From positions 1-64,000 of the forward strand of contig JBCCWC010000008.1 in assembly GCA_039194325.1 (NCBI GenBank): a DNA stretch of 64,000 nt. The letters are read 5' to 3'. Shown here piece by piece: positions 10,287 to 20,390 of the stretch. Positions within the stretch are counted from its first letter, which is position 1. Each line of letters begins with the position of its first letter. Made by a program: the position numbers and the translations under genes. Source of the stretch: Myxococcota bacterium. Lineage in GTDB: Bacteria > Myxococcota_A > Polyangia > Nannocystales > Nannocystaceae. The notes under the pieces were generated by a model, which did no database searches, had not been told where the DNA came from, and was given only the letters and a program-made list of their open reading frames with translations.

Positions 10287-10463
10287 TCAGACTTCCGGCG
10301 GACCCTCGTTCGACTCGACCCCTGCATCCGCTTGACGTCGTCGCCCACGCCGCCGGCCTCGTCGACGTCCACGGCGCCGAGTCCGGCGCGCGCGTCCGCG
10401 GCACCCGGTGGCCACCAGGGTTGAACCTACACCGAACCACAAAACGAAGGTCCGACGCTTCAT
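10287..10463 (-). CDS. Small arginine-rich lipoprotein with twin-arginine-like signal
   Basis: MKRRTFV, a hydrophobic stretch, LVATG-C, then RGRARRTRRRGRRRGRRRGRRR. Confidence 0.5.
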   Translation of the reverse strand: MKRRTFVLWFGVGSTLVATGCRGRARRTRRRGRRRGRRRGRRRQADAGVESNEGPPEV

Positions 10464-10522
10464 CGCTTGGGAATTCACCCGGTCAGGCTACCATCGCGCG
10501 ACGCCCTCCCACGAGCGTCGAG

Positions 10523-11053
10523 TCAGCGCTCGGCCGCCTCGGACGACTCTTGCTCGGGCAGCGGCGCCTCGATCTCGCCGATCACCCGGCGCAGCAGCCC
10601 CTCGACCAGCAGCGCCCGCTCGCCCGCGTCGTAGCGGCCGTCTTGATAGCGGGCCTGGATGTCGTCGAACTTCTCGCGGCTATCGCGGATCACCTGCTTG
10701 TAGGGCTTGACCCGGAGCATCACCTCCTTTTGGTTGGACCAGAAGAACGAGACCAACGTGGCGGCAGTGAAACCGGTGAGGATCATGCCCAGCGGACCAC
10801 CGATGAGGTACTTGAGCCCGACGCGCAGCGCCACCACCCCCGCCGCCCCTAGGGCCAGCTCCTTGACGCCCGTTTTCTTGGCGCGATCCCACGCCATGGG
10901 CAGCAGCTCTCCCGATGCGATGACGAGGCCAACGAACTCGGCGCGCTTGGCACCATTGTCGTAGACGTCCTTGATGACCTGCTGCATGAAGGCGTCGAAG
11001 GTCTCGTAGACGTCGGCCGGATAGGCGGTGTGGGCTTTGTCCGAGTCGGCCAT
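10523..11053 (-). CDS. Hypothetical membrane protein
   Basis: Strong GC3 codon bias, a central Gly-rich hydrophobic hairpin and a helical C-terminus. Confidence 0.75.
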   Translation of the reverse strand: MADSDKAHTAYPADVYETFDAFMQQVIKDVYDNGAKRAEFVGLVIASGELLPMAWDRAKKTGVKELALGAAGVVALRVGLKYLIGGPLGMILTGFTAATLVSFFWSNQKEVMLRVKPYKQVIRDSREKFDDIQARYQDGRYDAGERALLVEGLLRRVIGEIEAPLPEQESSEAAER

Positions 11054-11235
11054 GCCAGCGACAGGATAGCACCGACCCCCCACGGGCTGACCCAGATGCT
11101 CGGTTGAGGCGGCGAGGCGCCTCCAAGCCGAGCTGGGAACGCATCACGGGGTTTTGTCGTGCGATCGACTCGACCATGGGAACGGTGGTTTCGCGTTTGA
11201 CACCCTGTGCCTCGACTCCCCATATTTCGGGTCCC

Positions 11236-14130
11236 ATGCGGTCCTTCGTGCGAGTCGGCGCTCTCACCTCCTCGCGCCCCAGGATCGCCGGTCGCGGGCT
11301 CGCCTGGGCCATGGCGCTGGTGCTGGGCGCTTCGTGCACCAAGACGACCACGCCCCCCCCGGCCGCTCCCGCCGCGCAGCCGGAGGCGCCGCCGCCCCCG
11401 CTGGGGGACACGTCGGCCGCCTACGCGGGCCACGAGGACGGAGCCCAGTCGTCGAGCAAGCGCGAGCGCCCCGCGCCCCAGCCGGTGACCGACCGCGACG
11501 AAGCCCTCGACGCGGTGCTCCGCAGCAACCCCCAAGGGGCGATCGACTTCCTGCGCGAGCACCTGAGCGACAAGCCCGACGACCTGTCCGCCCGGCTGAC
11601 GCTGGCCCGCGCCCAGATCATGGTGGGAAAGCTGGAGCAAGCCGAGGCGACCCTGGCCGACAGCGCCGGGGCCCCCCGCGATCCCCAGGTGCTACTGCGC
11701 CGGGCCCGGCTGGCGTGGCGCCGCGGTCAGCTAGAGGCGGCCCGCGCACTACTGGACGAGGGCACCCGCCAACACCCCGACGATCTGCCGCTGCGGGGCG
11801 AGCGGCTGTGGCTGATGACCCGCCGCGGCCAGGCCAAGGATCCCGCGGCGATCACCCTGCGCGAGAGCCTCTACGACGCCTACGACGCAGGCATGGCCAA
11901 GTCGGCGGCCGATCTGGTCGCGGTGGCCCAGGCCGCCCTGTCGCGGGGATCGGGCGGGGCGTTCCACGACGCCAACATGGTGCTGCAAGACGCCGAGAGC
12001 CTGGCCCCGGTCGAGCAAGGGGACTGGGTGGCCGACGACGTCCTGCTGCTGCGCGGGGCGATGTTCCTGGTCAAGTACGCCGAGCAGGACGCCGCGCAGA
12101 CCTTCGGCCTGGTGCTGGGCCGTGACCCCTGGCAGCCCGACGCCCTGGTGGGGATCGCCCGCGTGCACCTGCACGGCCTGCGCTTCGCCGAGGCGTCACG
12201 CCACGCCCAGGAGGCGCTGCAGGTCGACCCCCAAAACCCCGACGCCCACGCGGTACTGGGCCGGATCGCACTCATCGAGGGGCGCCGCGACGAAGCCCGT
12301 GAGCGGGGCAAGGATCGAGCGCTGGCCGTCAACGCCAACCACACCGGGGGCCTGGCCGTGCTCGCGGGTCTGGCCATCGCCGAGGATGACGCCAAGGCCT
12401 ACGCGCGCTGGCGCGATCAGGCGCTCGCCCTCGACCCCCACGGGCGCGAATTCTTCGTCGACCTGGGCGACATCCTGGGCTTCTTGCACCTTTACCCCGA
12501 GGCGGATCGGGTCCTGCAAGAGGGCGCGGGCCTGGCCCCCGACGATCCCTACGTGCAGAGCGCCCTGGGCCTGAACCTACTGCGCCTGGGCCGAGAACAA
12601 GAGGGCCGGGAGGCCCTGGCCCGGGCCTGGACGCGGGACAGGTTCAACGAGCGCACCCGCAACGTGCTTGATCTCTACGACAACACGATCGACCCCAAGT
12701 ACGACGAGCGCACCGAGGGTGACCTGACCGTACGCCTGCCCAAGCAAGACCGCGAGTTCGTCGAGCCCGGCCTGCTCGACTCGGTACGCACGTCCCGGGA
12801 CGCGCTCGACGCTCACTACGGGATGAAGGCGGGCCGGCTACGGCTGGAGTTCTTCGCCGATCCCCAGTCGTTCTCGGTGCGCACGATCGGCGTGCCCAGC
12901 CTCGGGGCGCTGGCGGTCTGCTTCGGCCCCGTCATCACCTTCGTGGGGCCCTTCACCGGCGCGTACAACATCGACATGGTGGTTCGGCACGAGCTGGGCC
13001 ATACCTACGCCATCGCGCTCTCCGGAGGGCGGGTGCCCCGGTGGTTCACCGAGGGGCTCAGCGAGTGGGAATCGGAGCTGGCCGATCCGGCGTGGGCCCG
13101 CGAGAGCGCGGAGCTGCTTTCGCAGGCTCGCCGCGCCGGAAAGCTACGCCGGCTCAGCGAGCTGGAGTTGGCCTTCATCCGGGCCGATAGCGGCGCGATG
13201 ATGGAGGTGGCCTACGCCACGGCAGCGTACGCCATACGCTACCTCGGCCAGACCTACGGCCGCGGCAAGCTCATCGAGATCCTCCGAGGGTACCGAACCG
13301 GGGCCCACACCGACGTGCTGTTCCGGAAGCACCTGGGCAAGGATCTGGCCACGATCGACAAGGAGTTCGAGGCATGGTTCTTCGCGCAGCTCGACAAGAA
13401 GGTGAGCGGCTGGGAGCCCAGCCCCGAGGGAAAACCCGAGGGAAAACCCGAGGGAAAACAAGACAAGCGCGACGCCCTGCTCCAAAAGGCGATCGAGCAG
13501 GCCGCGGGCGGAGACACCGAGCAAGCCAGCCGCACGCTCGAGCAGCTCATCGCCGAGGGCGGGGACGGATACGCACCGCGCATGATGCTGGCCAAGCTGT
13601 TGGCCGAAGGGCCCAAGCCGGCGTCGGCGGTGCGACACCTGGAGGCGGCCCGGGGGCACCACCGCGAGGCGATCGAGCCGCTGGTGCTGCTGGCCAACCT
13701 GGCGCGCAAGTCGGGGCGAACCGACGACGAGAAGAAACACCTCAGTGATGCGCTGGCGATCGACGGCGACAGCCTGGAGCCCGCCGCGAGGCTGCTGATG
13801 CTCGGGCTGGTCACCCAAGACGCCAAGGCAACCGACGTGGCGGGGCGGCGGATCCGGGGCATTGCGCCGCTGCACCCGATAAGCCTCGCCGGGCAAGCGC
13901 TGCGGCTCGCCAAGCGCAAGGGCGGCAAGGCAGCCGCGGGCAAGCACCTGCGACGGGCGCTCCGGGATCTTCGACCCGGCCAAGGGCCGTCGGACACGCT
14001 GGTGGTCGCCGCCCTCGCGGCCCAGGCCCTGGGACAAAAGGACGACGCCAAGACGCTGGCCGAGGCGGCGCTTCGGGATCCGAAGCTGCCCACGGTGGCT
14101 CGGGAGCGGCTGGCCAAGCTCGGCAAGTAA
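11236..14130 (+). CDS. TPR-repeat lipoprotein with peptidase MA-like (HEXXH) domain
   Basis: LGAS-C lipobox, many TPR-like helices, and a gluzincin motif VRHELGH...PRWFTEGLSEW. Confidence 0.85.
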   Translation: MRSFVRVGALTSSRPRIAGRGLAWAMALVLGASCTKTTTPPPAAPAAQPEAPPPPLGDTSAAYAGHEDGAQSSSKRERPAPQPVTDRDEALDAVLRSNPQGAIDFLREHLSDKPDDLSARLTLARAQIMVGKLEQAEATLADSAGAPRDPQVLLRRARLAWRRGQLEAARALLDEGTRQHPDDLPLRGERLWLMTRRGQAKDPAAITLRESLYDAYDAGMAKSAADLVAVAQAALSRGSGGAFHDANMVLQDAESLAPVEQGDWVADDVLLLRGAMFLVKYAEQDAAQTFGLVLGRDPWQPDALVGIARVHLHGLRFAEASRHAQEALQVDPQNPDAHAVLGRIALIEGRRDEARERGKDRALAVNANHTGGLAVLAGLAIAEDDAKAYARWRDQALALDPHGREFFVDLGDILGFLHLYPEADRVLQEGAGLAPDDPYVQSALGLNLLRLGREQEGREALARAWTRDRFNERTRNVLDLYDNTIDPKYDERTEGDLTVRLPKQDREFVEPGLLDSVRTSRDALDAHYGMKAGRLRLEFFADPQSFSVRTIGVPSLGALAVCFGPVITFVGPFTGAYNIDMVVRHELGHTYAIALSGGRVPRWFTEGLSEWESELADPAWARESAELLSQARRAGKLRRLSELELAFIRADSGAMMEVAYATAAYAIRYLGQTYGRGKLIEILRGYRTGAHTDVLFRKHLGKDLATIDKEFEAWFFAQLDKKVSGWEPSPEGKPEGKPEGKQDKRDALLQKAIEQAAGGDTEQASRTLEQLIAEGGDGYAPRMMLAKLLAEGPKPASAVRHLEAARGHHREAIEPLVLLANLARKSGRTDDEKKHLSDALAIDGDSLEPAARLLMLGLVTQDAKATDVAGRRIRGIAPLHPISLAGQALRLAKRKGGKAAAGKHLRRALRDLRPGQGPSDTLVVAALAAQALGQKDDAKTLAEAALRDPKLPTVARERLAKLGK

Positions 14131-14260
14131 ACGGCCCGCCAGCGTCGACGGCGCTACTGCGGCGCCCTCCGAGGCCCCGGTGATGGAGATCCGACGCCCA
14201 GAAGAAACATCTGGTCGGGCCTCACGTATTCTCGTCCGAGGCTTCCCCGAGACACCGGCC

Positions 14261-14827
14261 ATGCCACGCTCGCTCGCACTCGCGCTATCGCTCGCCCCTT
14301 TATCGCTATGGCCCGCCACGGCCCGCGGGGCCGAGATGCCCAAACGCGAAGAGGTCTCCGAGGAGCACCCCGGGCATCGTCACGCCGCCCACCCCAACCT
14401 CATCGGGGCCAAGTTCGGCTATATCTCGCTGTTCGCTCCCCACGAGGGAGAGTACGAGCACCTACCGCTGGGCTACGCGGGGCTCTTCTACGAGCGCTCG
14501 GTGATCCACAACTGGCTGGAGATTGAGCTGACGGTCGCCGGAGCCGCGGGGGCCGAAGAGCTGGGGCTCCCCATCGATCTCTACTTCAAAAAGCCCTTCC
14601 ACCCCTCACCGCGGGCCACCCCCTACGTCGGCTTGGGCCCGCACCTCGACGTGCTCATCAAGCCCGAGCTGCGGGTGCTGGTGGGCGGCTGCGTCACCGT
14701 CGGCAGCTACATCTGGTTCTCGGAGCGCTGGGGCATGGACATCGACCTCGACTACGCGGTCGCGGCGGGCGACGGCGACGTGTTCCACGACGTCCTGCTG
14801 GCCATTGGGCCCACAGCACGCTTCTGA
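14261..14827 (+). CDS. Secreted small outer-membrane beta-barrel-like protein with His-rich N-terminus
   Basis: Signal peptide, EEHPGHRHAAH, amphipathic beta strands (TPYVGLGP) and a terminal Phe. Confidence 0.6.
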   Translation: MPRSLALALSLAPLSLWPATARGAEMPKREEVSEEHPGHRHAAHPNLIGAKFGYISLFAPHEGEYEHLPLGYAGLFYERSVIHNWLEIELTVAGAAGAEELGLPIDLYFKKPFHPSPRATPYVGLGPHLDVLIKPELRVLVGGCVTVGSYIWFSERWGMDIDLDYAVAAGDGDVFHDVLLAIGPTARF

Positions 14828-14887
14828 GCGCCTCTACGGGTAGAGCGTTGTTCGTCGGCGGCCCCTCGATCTACAACCACCCTCGCC

Positions 14888-15289
14888 GTGAGTGACGACA
14901 AGAACGTCCTGGGAGGACCACTGAAGACCTGCTGCACCTCGCCGATGACGGGGTTCCACCGTGACGGCTGCTGCCGCACCGGGCCCCACGATCACGGGGT
15001 GCACTCGGTCTGCGCCCGCATGACCGAGGAGTTCTTGGCCTTCTCCCGCGAGCAGGGCAACGACCTGAGCACGCCCGTACCCGCGTTCGGCTTTCCCGGG
15101 CTGCGCCCCGGCGACGGCTGGTGCCTATGCGCGGCTCGCTGGAAGGAAGCCCTCGAGGCCGGCTTTGCCCCGCCCGTGGTGCTCGAGGCCACCCACGAGG
15201 ACACGCTGCGCTTCGTCGAGCTCGAGCAGCTGCGCGCCCACGCGGTGCCCCCCAAGTCTGGCGGCCAAGGTCGCGGACCGCTCAACTAG
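14888..15289 (+). CDS. DUF2237 family protein
   Basis: NVLGGPL..C...PMTGFHRDGCC...GNDLSTP...PGLRPGDGWCLCAARW...ATH. Confidence 0.9.
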   Translation: MSDDKNVLGGPLKTCCTSPMTGFHRDGCCRTGPHDHGVHSVCARMTEEFLAFSREQGNDLSTPVPAFGFPGLRPGDGWCLCAARWKEALEAGFAPPVVLEATHEDTLRFVELEQLRAHAVPPKSGGQGRGPLN

Positions 15290-15306
15290 CGAACGGGTCG
15301 GCCGAC

Positions 15307-15819
15307 GTGCTCGCCTGCGTCGACGTGGACTACCGCGAGGATCACGATCCCCCCTTCGCGGTCGCGGCCGGCGTGGTCTTCGACGACTGGGCCTCCGACC
15401 AGGCCGCGGCCGAGCACGTGCAGAAGATCTCCGAGATCGCCCCTTACGTACCCGGCCAGCTGTACCGCCGCGAGCTTCCCTGCCTGCTCGCCGTGCTCGA
15501 ACAGATCACCCAGCCGCTGGACGCGATCGTGGTCGACGGCTACGCGTTCCTCGACGCCCAGGGCCGACCGGGCCTGGGCGCCCACCTCCACGCCGCGCTC
15601 GACGGAACGATCCCCGTGGTGGGCGTGGCCAAGAACTACTTCCGCGGCAGCGCAGCCATCGAGATCCACCGCGGAGGCAGCTCCCGGCCGCTATTGGTGA
15701 CCGCGGTGGGACTGAGCGCCCAGCAGGCCGCCCAGGGGATCACCCGCATGCACGGCCCCCATCGGCTGCCGACCCTGCTCAAGCGCGTCGACCGACTGTG
15801 CCGCGATGCCTGGCGCTGA
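15307..15819 (+). CDS. nfi: Endonuclease V family protein
   Basis: DVDY, PYVPGQLYRRELP, IVVDGY, GVAK, HRLPTLLKRVD. Confidence 0.85.
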   Translation: MLACVDVDYREDHDPPFAVAAGVVFDDWASDQAAAEHVQKISEIAPYVPGQLYRRELPCLLAVLEQITQPLDAIVVDGYAFLDAQGRPGLGAHLHAALDGTIPVVGVAKNYFRGSAAIEIHRGGSSRPLLVTAVGLSAQQAAQGITRMHGPHRLPTLLKRVDRLCRDAWR

Positions 15820-16219
15820 GGCGCACCGCGTGGCGGGAGCCAGCGGAGGGTCGCCGCCGACTACGAACCCCGTTGCGCGCTCGCGTGGGAAGCCGGGCGG
15901 CCAGCGACGGCGCCGGCTCGGTCTGGCGCAGGTCACGAAGCAACACCACCGCCGGGGTCGACAGGGCCAACACCGCCGGCCAGGTATAGAAGAGATCGAG
16001 CCCGAACCCACCGGTGCAACGAATGAAGGCCAGCGGGGTGCTTATCGCCGCCCCGAGCAGCACGATCGCGAGGGTGAGCGCCCGACGTCGGGCGTCGATT
16101 CGTGCCGCCACCCTTCGTGGCCGGGGAGGACGACGGCGGTGTCGAATGAAGAAATCAGACCTCGATGGAGGGTCCTCGTCGGGGTCGGACGTGGGGTCGG
16201 ACGTGGGGTCGAAGGGCAT
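15779..16219 (-). CDS. Hypothetical two-TM membrane protein
   Basis: Two hydrophobic segments flanked by Arg-rich tracts. It overlaps the 3' end of nfi by about 40 bp. Confidence 0.4.
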   Translation of the reverse strand: MPFDPTSDPTSDPDEDPPSRSDFFIRHRRRPPRPRRVAARIDARRRALTLAIVLLGAAISTPLAFIRCTGGFGLDLFYTWPAVLALSTPAVVLLRDLRQTEPAPSLAARLPTRARNGVRSRRRPSAGSRHAVRLSARHRGTVGRRA

Positions 16220-16500
16220 GGGCAGGCCTTGGTCGCGCGACTGCCGACCACTCGCCCCCAGGCGGGTGGTTGACGGGGCACAGGCGGGTGGGGGGTGGCG
16301 ATCGGCCCCAACGACGTGCAAAGCCGTCGTGGAGTCGAAATTGGCTGGCATCCCACTCGGTTCCTACCGTGGGCTGAACCTCGGCCAATTCCGTCGCCAA
16401 TTTACACTTAGCACCGCCCGGGGGGTGGCGCACGCGATTTAGCGAGGGATTCCCGGAGCCGATGACGGCCGTGATGACGGCCGTGTCGGCGACCGCGCCG

Positions 16501-17238
16501 CTACATGCAAGAGCCGAAGGTCACCGACTCGTTCATCAGGTTCCCGTCGTTCTCGGCAGAGTCTGCGCACGCATCGTCGTCGGGACCCGAGTAAGACTGG
16601 TACACGCACGACGGCGCGCCGTTGATGAAGACCTCGCCGCACCCGCCTTCGCCAAAGGGCTGCTCGGGATCGCAGAGCACACAGGTGTTGGACTCGGTGT
16701 CGCAGACGAAGCGCTCGTCGCAGAAGAACGCCCGACAGAACTGGTCGCGCACGTCCTGGCCCAGCGTCTCGGTCTCGATCGCGACCGCCGGGGGGTTGCC
16801 GTCGTCGCACAGGTTCTGCTCGTTGGTGGTCAGCCCGGAGTTGCAGCTGCCTCCGCTGGGAGGGGGACAGCCCTTGATCCCCAGCTGGGACTCCTCGCAC
16901 GTGACGTAGCGGGCCGAGTCGGCCAGCAGCATGAACGCCTCTCCGTAGGGATGCGGCTCGCTGGAGTTCGAGATCGTCAGGTAGTTGTCGGGGTTGCAGC
17001 CCACGCTGGTCTTGAAATCGGCGACGCAGATCTTCTCGAACTCGTCCGCATCGAGGGTGGGATCGTCGAAGCGGCAGGCCGGCACGTAGCGCTCGTCGCC
17101 GGTGGCGTCGCAGTCGTCGGCGGTGCCACAGCGCTGCACGTCGTCGCGCGGAGCGAGGATGGCGGTGCACGAGACGCTGGAGACACCGAGACCGGCGAGC
17201 GCAAAGGCGAGGGCAACAGGAGTACGCGACGTCATCAT
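16501..17238 (-). CDS. Cys-rich lipoprotein
   Basis: Signal peptide with SVS-C, many Cys/Asp residues, and tight coupling downstream of the His kinase. Confidence 0.8.
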   Translation of the reverse strand: MMTSRTPVALAFALAGLGVSSVSCTAILAPRDDVQRCGTADDCDATGDERYVPACRFDDPTLDADEFEKICVADFKTSVGCNPDNYLTISNSSEPHPYGEAFMLLADSARYVTCEESQLGIKGCPPPSGGSCNSGLTTNEQNLCDDGNPPAVAIETETLGQDVRDQFCRAFFCDERFVCDTESNTCVLCDPEQPFGEGGCGEVFINGAPSCVYQSYSGPDDDACADSAENDGNLMNESVTFGSCM

Positions 17239-17240
17239 GG

Positions 17241-18995
17241 TCAGCTCACGACGGGGATCGTCCCCGGTGGGATTGCCGCGGGCGAGCTTACGGAGCCGCC
17301 CTCGGGAGCGCAAGCGGGCAGCCGAACCTCGAATGCCGTGCCCGCCGGGCCCGTCTTCGCCACCCGCACCCCGCCGTCGTGATCCTGCACGATCTGCTGC
17401 ACGGTGGGTAACCCCAGGCCGGTGCCCTGGGCCTTGCTGGTGTAGAACGCTTCGAAGATCCGGTCGACCTCGTGCTCGGCCACCGGGATCCCCGGGCCGT
17501 TGTCCCGGACAACAACGAAGACCTGCTCGTCCTTACACCACATCTCCACGTCGATCCGCGGTCGGCGCTCGGGCTCCTGCTCCTCGTCGAGCACCGCCTC
17601 TTGGGCGTTGCGCACCAGGTTCATGAACACCTGGCGCAGCTGGTTGGCGTCACCTCGCACATGCACCGGCACATCGGGCAGATGAGGCTCGACCTCGATC
17701 CCCGCCATGTCGAACTCCTGCGCCATGAAGTCGAGCAGATCGTGGAGCTCCTCGCGCAGATCGAAGGGCCGCCGCTCGGGCTTGGGACGCCGAGCGAACG
17801 ACAGGTAGTCTTCGGTCACGGCGGTCAGGCGATCGACCTCCTTGGAGATCTTGGCCAGCAGCTCCCGCCCCTCGGGGCTGGCGTCGGCCAGCTCGTCTTC
17901 CAATAGCTCCGCGTTGAGGGCCACGCTCGACAGCGGGTTGCGGATCTCGTGGGTGATCTGGGCCGCGAGCTGACCGGCCGCCGCCAGTCGCTCGCCCCGC
18001 AAGAGCCGTCGCTCGCGCTCCTCGAGGGCCGCCGCCATATGGTTGAACTCGCGAGCGAGCTGGCTGACCTCGTCTTCGCGCCCGGGCCCCGAGGGCGAGA
18101 CCCGCTGGGACCAGTCCCCCCCGCTGAGCTTGCGCACCCCCTCGGTCAGCCGCCGCAGGGGCCGGAGGGTCAAGAAGACCCCCACCGCCGCAAACACCCC
18201 CAAGGCCGCGATGATCAAGGTGAACGTCAGGGTCAGGCGTTCGGTCCGGCTCTGCGCGGCCTGGACCTCGGCCCGTAGCCGGGTGATCGCGCTACGGCTC
18301 TTCTCCGCGAGCTTCTTGAACTGCTGCTCGATGCCCCCCTGCAGGCTGACATCCTCGAGCACCTCACGGGGATCGACCATCTCGTCGAGCACGGCCAGCG
18401 ATTCCAGCTGGTCGAGCGCGGCCTGGATCTGGCGCAGATCCTCGAGCGGCTCCTCGGCTTCGACCCGCTCGGGATCGGCAAGCGCGGCGTCGATCGGCGC
18501 CCGCGCTTGCGCAATGTATTCGTTACGCGTGGAAAGCGCGGCTTGAAAATTGGCCTCGAAGGCGGGGCCGAGCTGAAGCCCGACGTCCGGCCCCACGTGC
18601 TCGCTCTGGGTCTGATGCCAGGTCCTCACCTGGACCCCCACCCGCACCGCCTGCACGTGCGCCTCGGCCAAGCGGTGATTGAACACCACGTACACCTCCA
18701 CCAGACGGTCGAAGCCGCGCTGAAGCGCGCGTAGCTGGCCCAGAGCCACCACCGCCGAAGCCCCCGCCACCAGCAGCACCAGCAGCATCAATGCCGAGAT
18801 CCGGGCGGCCAGGCTGTGACGCAGCCGAGGCCGGCTACCCCGTCGGGATACGAGCGGTGACCCCTCGGACGAGTCCAGCGGCGAATCCAGCGGAGACCTG
18901 GGCGACGACGACGGCTCGCTGGAGCCAGGAGCCACGAGCGACTCGTCCGCATCGGGCGAGATCACGGTCGAGCCCGAACCCTGGGCCGGGCCCAT
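17241..18995 (-). CDS. Membrane sensor histidine kinase (2 TM, HAMP, HisKA, HATPase)
   Basis: DEVSQLAREFN, HEIRNPL, QVFMNLVRNA, DNGPGI, FYTSK..GTGLGL. Confidence 0.95.
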   Translation of the reverse strand: MGPAQGSGSTVISPDADESLVAPGSSEPSSSPRSPLDSPLDSSEGSPLVSRRGSRPRLRHSLAARISALMLLVLLVAGASAVVALGQLRALQRGFDRLVEVYVVFNHRLAEAHVQAVRVGVQVRTWHQTQSEHVGPDVGLQLGPAFEANFQAALSTRNEYIAQARAPIDAALADPERVEAEEPLEDLRQIQAALDQLESLAVLDEMVDPREVLEDVSLQGGIEQQFKKLAEKSRSAITRLRAEVQAAQSRTERLTLTFTLIIAALGVFAAVGVFLTLRPLRRLTEGVRKLSGGDWSQRVSPSGPGREDEVSQLAREFNHMAAALEERERRLLRGERLAAAGQLAAQITHEIRNPLSSVALNAELLEDELADASPEGRELLAKISKEVDRLTAVTEDYLSFARRPKPERRPFDLREELHDLLDFMAQEFDMAGIEVEPHLPDVPVHVRGDANQLRQVFMNLVRNAQEAVLDEEQEPERRPRIDVEMWCKDEQVFVVVRDNGPGIPVAEHEVDRIFEAFYTSKAQGTGLGLPTVQQIVQDHDGGVRVAKTGPAGTAFEVRLPACAPEGGSVSSPAAIPPGTIPVVS

Positions 18996-19106
18996 CACGA
19001 GGCCCAATTTAGCCTTCCCAGCACCACGCCCGCCATGCCAACGTAAACCCCCCACCGGGGCCACCGGCCCCGCGAAAAGCCCGCGCCGCCGCGGCCCGAC
19101 GACTCC

Positions 19107-20303
19107 ATGATGTCGAGGACCCTCGAAGACCCTCATCCGCGAGCCCTTCGTCCCCGCTCCCCGGTCGCACGCGCCCTCGCTTCGGGCCTGTGCGCGACGC
19201 TCGCCAGCGTCACGATGATGACATCGACCCCGGCATTCGCCTCGGCCGAGCCCTTACCGCTGCTCCGACTCGCTCCCGACGATGCCCCCGCCAGCGTGCT
19301 GGGCCTGGACAGCAAGGACAAACCCGCCGGCAAGAAGCTGACCGTCGCTCTGCGCAAGGCCTTCGCCAACCGGGGACTGAGCGGGGGCGAGGAGATCAGC
19401 CTCGAAGAGATGCGGCTGACCATGGGCTGCACCAACGACGGCGTGGACTGCCTGGCCGAGGGCGGACGGACCCTCGGCGTCCGACGGCTGATCTTCGGCT
19501 ACCTCGCGCCGGCCGACGGCGGCTATCAGCTCGACATCCAGATCCTCGACGCACAGGCCGGGACCCTCGAGGCCCAGGCCAGCATGCCGGTCACCAAGGC
19601 CGACCTGGCCGACGGCACGATCGACGCCACCGCCGTCACGATCGTCAACGAGCTGATGCCGCCCACCGATGCGGACACGGATCTACCGCCGCGTCCCGAT
19701 CCCCTGCCCGAGGTCGAGGTCGAGCCCGAGCCCGAGGAGCCCGAACAAACCCAGCGAGAAAAGAGCACGCTGTGGATGGGCCTCGAAAAACCCACGCCGC
19801 GGTGGAAGTGGGTCGGGTTCGGCACCACGCTCGGTCTCACGGTCGCCGCCGCGGGCGTGACGATCGGAACCGGCGTGTGGATCACCGCGAGTGACGACAA
19901 CTCCTTCGGGTTCCGGCCCCGGCTCATCGAAGCCGCCAACAACTCCCTACGCAACGATAATCCAGACAACCAGGTCAACCCGATGACGGTTGACGACATC
20001 TGCGAGTACAACGTCACCGACGAGGACGGCTCGGAACTCCAAGCCGACGACGGCAGCGGCCCAGGGGCCAGGAACCTCGGGGTCGCCAACGTTTGCCGTC
20101 TCGGCGAGCGCGTCAAAACCACCCAGATCATCGCCGGTGTCGCCACCGGCGTCTTCGGGCTGACCACCCTCATCTTCACGGGGCTGCTGTTCATCCACAA
20201 ACGTAAGCCCGGAAGCGACGCGATGCTCCGCCGTGGGTTGACGTTGGGGATCATGCCCCGCCCTGAAGGCGGCGCATCGATTAGTAGCAGCCTCCGCTTC
20301 TAA
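19107..20303 (+). CDS. Secreted/membrane hypothetical protein (signal peptide, periplasmic domain, C-terminal TM hairpin)
   Basis: AFA signal cleavage site, GC..DC pair, two TM helices and a terminal RF. Confidence 0.75.
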   Translation: MMSRTLEDPHPRALRPRSPVARALASGLCATLASVTMMTSTPAFASAEPLPLLRLAPDDAPASVLGLDSKDKPAGKKLTVALRKAFANRGLSGGEEISLEEMRLTMGCTNDGVDCLAEGGRTLGVRRLIFGYLAPADGGYQLDIQILDAQAGTLEAQASMPVTKADLADGTIDATAVTIVNELMPPTDADTDLPPRPDPLPEVEVEPEPEEPEQTQREKSTLWMGLEKPTPRWKWVGFGTTLGLTVAAAGVTIGTGVWITASDDNSFGFRPRLIEAANNSLRNDNPDNQVNPMTVDDICEYNVTDEDGSELQADDGSGPGARNLGVANVCRLGERVKTTQIIAGVATGVFGLTTLIFTGLLFIHKRKPGSDAMLRRGLTLGIMPRPEGGASISSSLRF

Positions 20304-20390
20304 TGCGGAGGCTCGCCACGGCAATCCCCGGCTGACCGACGAACACCCCGCCCGTGCGCCCGACCCTGACGAGCTCCGGGCGCAGACTAC

